NCBI GenBank assembly: GCA_030141605.1
Contig: JAQGDQ010000051.1
Coordinates: 576,997-640,996 of the forward strand
Length of the DNA stretch: 64,000 bases
Direction: 5' to 3'
Source: Tubiluchus corallicola
Taxonomy: Eukaryota > Animalia > Priapulida
Shown here: one piece after another, positions 60,201-64,000 of the stretch
How positions within the stretch are numbered: the stretch's first letter is position 1
Layout: each line of letters opens with the position of its first letter
Notes under the pieces: generated by a model
Seen by the model: the letters and a program-made list of their open reading frames with translations, nothing else
Told to the model about the DNA's origin: nothing
Database searches by the model: none
Translations under genes and position numbers: made by a program

Positions 60201-63200
60201 GTACACCTAAACTCAAGCATCTGGTAGGAAGATTCAACCGTTTGGTAAGACTGTATATATGCAATCTAAATGATCTAGTAATACATCAAGTCTGAAGGCA
60301 CTTCCTCTGAACCCAATAATCTGTTAAGAAATACAGGCATCCTGAAACATCTAGTCAGAACGCAGAGCAGTCCCAAACATCTACAAACAAACCGAAACAT
60401 CTAGTCAGAGCTCACTTAGAGCAATCAGACATGTAGGCAGAAACATCTAGTCAAAACTCGTTTAGAGCAGTCCCAAACATCTACAAACAACCCGAAACAT
60501 CTAGTCAGAAGTCACTTAGAACAATATCAGAAATGTAGGCAGAAACATCTAGTCAAAACCCAGCTAGAGTAATATCAAGCATCTGGACATAGGAAATTCG
60601 ATTGTCAATCTCAAGTATCTGGCAGAAGACGTCTACGGGCAATGATAAGCATATGAATAGGGAAATACACAGAAAGCCGCAATTAGCTTCTTAGAAGACA
60701 CATACATCTAAGCTCTACAGAAATCCTGAAACACCTAACCAGAACTCATTTAGAGCAGTCCCAAACATATACAAACAACCCGGAACATCTAGTCAGAAGT
60801 CACTTAGAGCAATATCAGGCATGTAGGCAGAAACATCTAGTCAAAACTCAGCTAGAGTAATATCAAGTATCTAGACAAAGGAAATTCGATTGTCAATCTC
60901 AAGTATCTGGCAGAAGGCTTCTACAGGCAATGTTAAGCATATGAATAGGGAAGTACACAGAAAGCCTCAATTAGTTTGTTAGAAGACACGTACACCTAAA
61001 CTCAAGCATCTGGTAGGAAGATTCAACCGTTTGGTAAGACTGTATATATGCAGTCTAAATGATCTACTAATACATCATGTCTGAAGGCACTTCCTCTGAA
61101 CCCAATAATCTGTTAAGATATACAGGCATCCTGAAACATCTAGTCAGAACGCACTTAGAATAATCTCGAGCATCTAGACTGATAAAGTCTATTTCGAATC
61201 TCAGATATCTGGCAGAAGGCTTGTATAGGCAATGTTAAGCATATGAATAGGGAAGTACACAGAAAGCCTCAATTAGCTTGTTAGAAGACACGTACACCTA
61301 AACTCAAGCATCTGGTAGGAAGATTCAACCGTTTGGTAAGACTGTATATATGCAGTCTAAATGATCTAGTAATACATCAAGTCTGAAGGCACTTCCTCTG
61401 AACCCAATAATCTGTTAAGAAATACAGGCATCCTGAAACATCTAGTCAGAACGCAGAGCAGTCCCAAACATCTACAAACAAACCGAAACATCTAGTCAGA
61501 GCTCACTTAGAGCAATCAGACATGTAGGCAGAAACATCTAGTCAAAACTCATTTAGAGCAGTACCAAACATCTACAAACAACCCGGAACATCTAGTCAGA
61601 AGTCACTTAGAGCAATATCAGGCATGTAGGCAGAAATATCTAGTCAAAACTCATCTAGAGTAATATCAAGTATTTGGACAGAGGAAATTCGATTGTCAAT
61701 CTCAAGTATCTGGCAGAAGGCTTCTATAGGGAATGTTAAGCATCTGAACGGGGAAGTACACAGAAAGCCTCAATTAGCTTGTTAGAAGACACGTACACCT
61801 AAACTCAAGCATCTGGTAGGAAGATTCAACCGTTTGGTAAGACTGTATATATGCAGTCTAAATGATCTACTACTACATCATGTCTGAAGGCACTTCCTCT
61901 GAACCCAATAATCTGTTAAGATATACAGGCATCCTGAAACACCTTATCAGAACTCGCTTTGAGCTACCTGAAACATTTGACACCTACACAATTCTATTCA
62001 TCTATTGAGATATATAGACAAAATGCAGCATCTAACCAGAACTCATTTAGAGCAGTTCCAAACATATACAAACAACCCGGAACATCTAGTCAGAACGCAC
62101 TTAGAGCAATCAGACATGTAGGCAGAAACATCTAGTCAAAACTCATTTAGAGCAGTACCAAACATCTACAAACAACCCGAAACATCTAGTCAGAAGTCAC
62201 TTAGAGCAATATAGACAAAATGCAGCATCTAACCAGGACTCATTTAGAGCAGTCCCAAACATATACAAACAACCCGGAACATCTAGTCAGAAGTCACTTA
62301 GAGCAATATCAGGCATGTAGGCAGAAATATCTAGTCAAAACTCATCTAGAGTAATATCAAGTATTTGGACAGAGGAAATTCGATTGTCAATCTCAAGTAT
62401 CTGGCAGAAGGCTTCTATAGGGAATGTTAAGCATCTGAACGGGGAAGTACACAGAAAGCCTCAATTAGCTTGTTAGAAGACACGTACACCTAAACTCAAG
62501 CATCTGGTAGGAAGATTCAACCGTTTGGTAAGACTGTATATATGCAGTCTAAATGATCTACTACTACATCATGTCTGAAGGCACTTCCTCTGAACCCAAT
62601 AATCTGTTAAGATATACAGGCATCCTGAAACACCTTATCAGAACTCGCTTTGAGCTACCTGAAACATTTGACACCTACACAATTCTATTCATCTATTGAG
62701 ATATATAGACAAAATGCAGCATCTAACCAGAACTCATTTAGAGCAGTTCCAAACATATACAAACAACCCGGAACATCTAGTCAGAACGCACTTAGAGTAA
62801 TCTCTAGAATCTAGACTGATGAAGTCTATTTCGAATCTCAGATACCTAACCAGACGACCTGTGCAGGCAATGTTATACAATAAGAGAACACCTCTCATAT
62901 CTAGTAAGAAGGCTTCCACATCCAATTCTATTAATTTATTAAGATATACAGACGAACTGCAGCATCTAGTCAAAACTCACTTAGAGCTACCTGAAGCATT
63001 TGACACCTACACAATTCTGTTCATCTCTGGAGATATATAGACAAAATGTAGCATCTAACCAGAACTCATTTAGAGCAGTCCCAAACATATACAAACAACC
63101 CGGAACATCTAGTTATAACTCACTTAGAACAATATCAGAAATGTAGGCAGAAACATCTAGTCAAAACCCAGCTAGAGTAATATCAAGCATCTGGACAGAG

Positions 63201-64000
63201 GAAATTCGATTGTCAATCTCAAGTATCTGGCAGAAGGCTTCTATAGGCAATGTTAAGCATATGAATAGGGAAATACACAGAAAGCCCCAATTAGCTTGTT
63301 AGAAAACACGTACACCTAAACTCAAGCATCTGGTAGGAAGATTCAACCGTTTGGTAAGACTGTATATATGCAGTCTAAATGATCTAGTAATACATCATGT
63401 CTGAAGGCACTTCCTCTGAACCCAATAATCTGTTAAGATATACAGGCATCCTGAAACATCTAGTCAGAACGCACTTAGAATAATCTCTAGCATCTAGACT
63501 GATAAAGTCTATTTCGAATCTCAGATACCTAACCAGACGACCTGTACAGGCAATGTTATACAATGAGAGAACACCTCTCATATCTAGTTAGAAGGCATCC
63601 ACGTCCAATTCTATTAATTTACTAAGATATATAGACGAACTGCAGCATCTAGTCAAAACTCATTTAGAGCAGTCCCAAACATATACAAACAATCCGAATG
63701 TCAATCTCAAGTATCTGGCAGAAGGCTTCTATAGGCAATGTTAAGCATATGAATAGGGAAATACACAGAAAGCCCCAATTAGCTTGTTAGAAGACACGCA
63801 CATCTAAGATCTACAGAAATCCTGAAACACCTAACCAGAACTCATTTAGAGCAGTCCCAAACATATACAAACAACCCGGAACATCTAGTCGGAACTCACT
63901 TAGAGCAATCAGACATGTAGGCAGAAACATCTAGTCAAAACTCATTTAGAGCAGTTCCAAACATCTACAAACAACCCGAAACATCTAGTCAGAAGTCACT
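51261..64000 (+). repeat. Satellite block B: complex higher-order array, open at the window end
   Basis: The marker gaacccaataatctgttaag recurs from 52520 to 63418 with spacings 553,789,789,1164,533,789,488,553,789,553,789,789,302,501,691,826; subunits of 34-36, 48 and 54 bp share aaacatctagtca and aagtatctggcagaagg. Confidence 0.96.

Noticed and set aside
46562-64000. ~35-bp repeats as a CRISPR array
   Set aside because: There are no unique spacers between constant repeats, whole blocks recur, no cas genes are present, and the context is eukaryotic
46562-64000. Satellite as a repetitive protein-coding gene (ORFs at 47727, 48127, 50077, 54620, 62819 etc.)
   Set aside because: The monomer is 35 bp, not a multiple of 3; no ORF exceeds ~82 aa; the repeated ORFs only mirror the higher-order repeats

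Overview
AT-rich genomic DNA from an invertebrate animal, not a prokaryote. It has two parts. (1) Positions ~1-46.5 kb hold one multi-exon + strand gene for an ETS transcription factor of the E74 (Eip74EF)/ELF1-2-4 subfamily. I assembled it by eye from 8 phase-compatible GT-AG exons (10678-42020, 1458 nt, 485 aa). There is also a candidate 120-nt optional or alternative first exon (27713-27832) and two candidate upstream first exons. The introns are full of decayed mobile elements: an LTR family with a tRNA-Ile PBS, PPT and solo LTR, a MITE nested inside it, a hAT element, L2/Crack and RTE-like LINE pieces, Penelope and Gypsy fragments, a MetaSINE-like SINE and microsatellites. Just downstream of the stop codon is a ~255-bp-arm inverted repeat, and each arm carries a degenerate minimal hammerhead ribozyme. 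(2) Positions ~46.56-64 kb are a complex satellite built from a ~35-bp monomer, with higher-order repeats (1674 bp; 789/553 bp modules), an inverted segment and a scrambled fold-back zone that is probably partly an assembly artefact. I found no CRISPR array or prokaryote-type system. Most ORFs in the supplied track are spurious. All alignments and family assignments were made by eye or from recalled consensus sequences, not from database searches.
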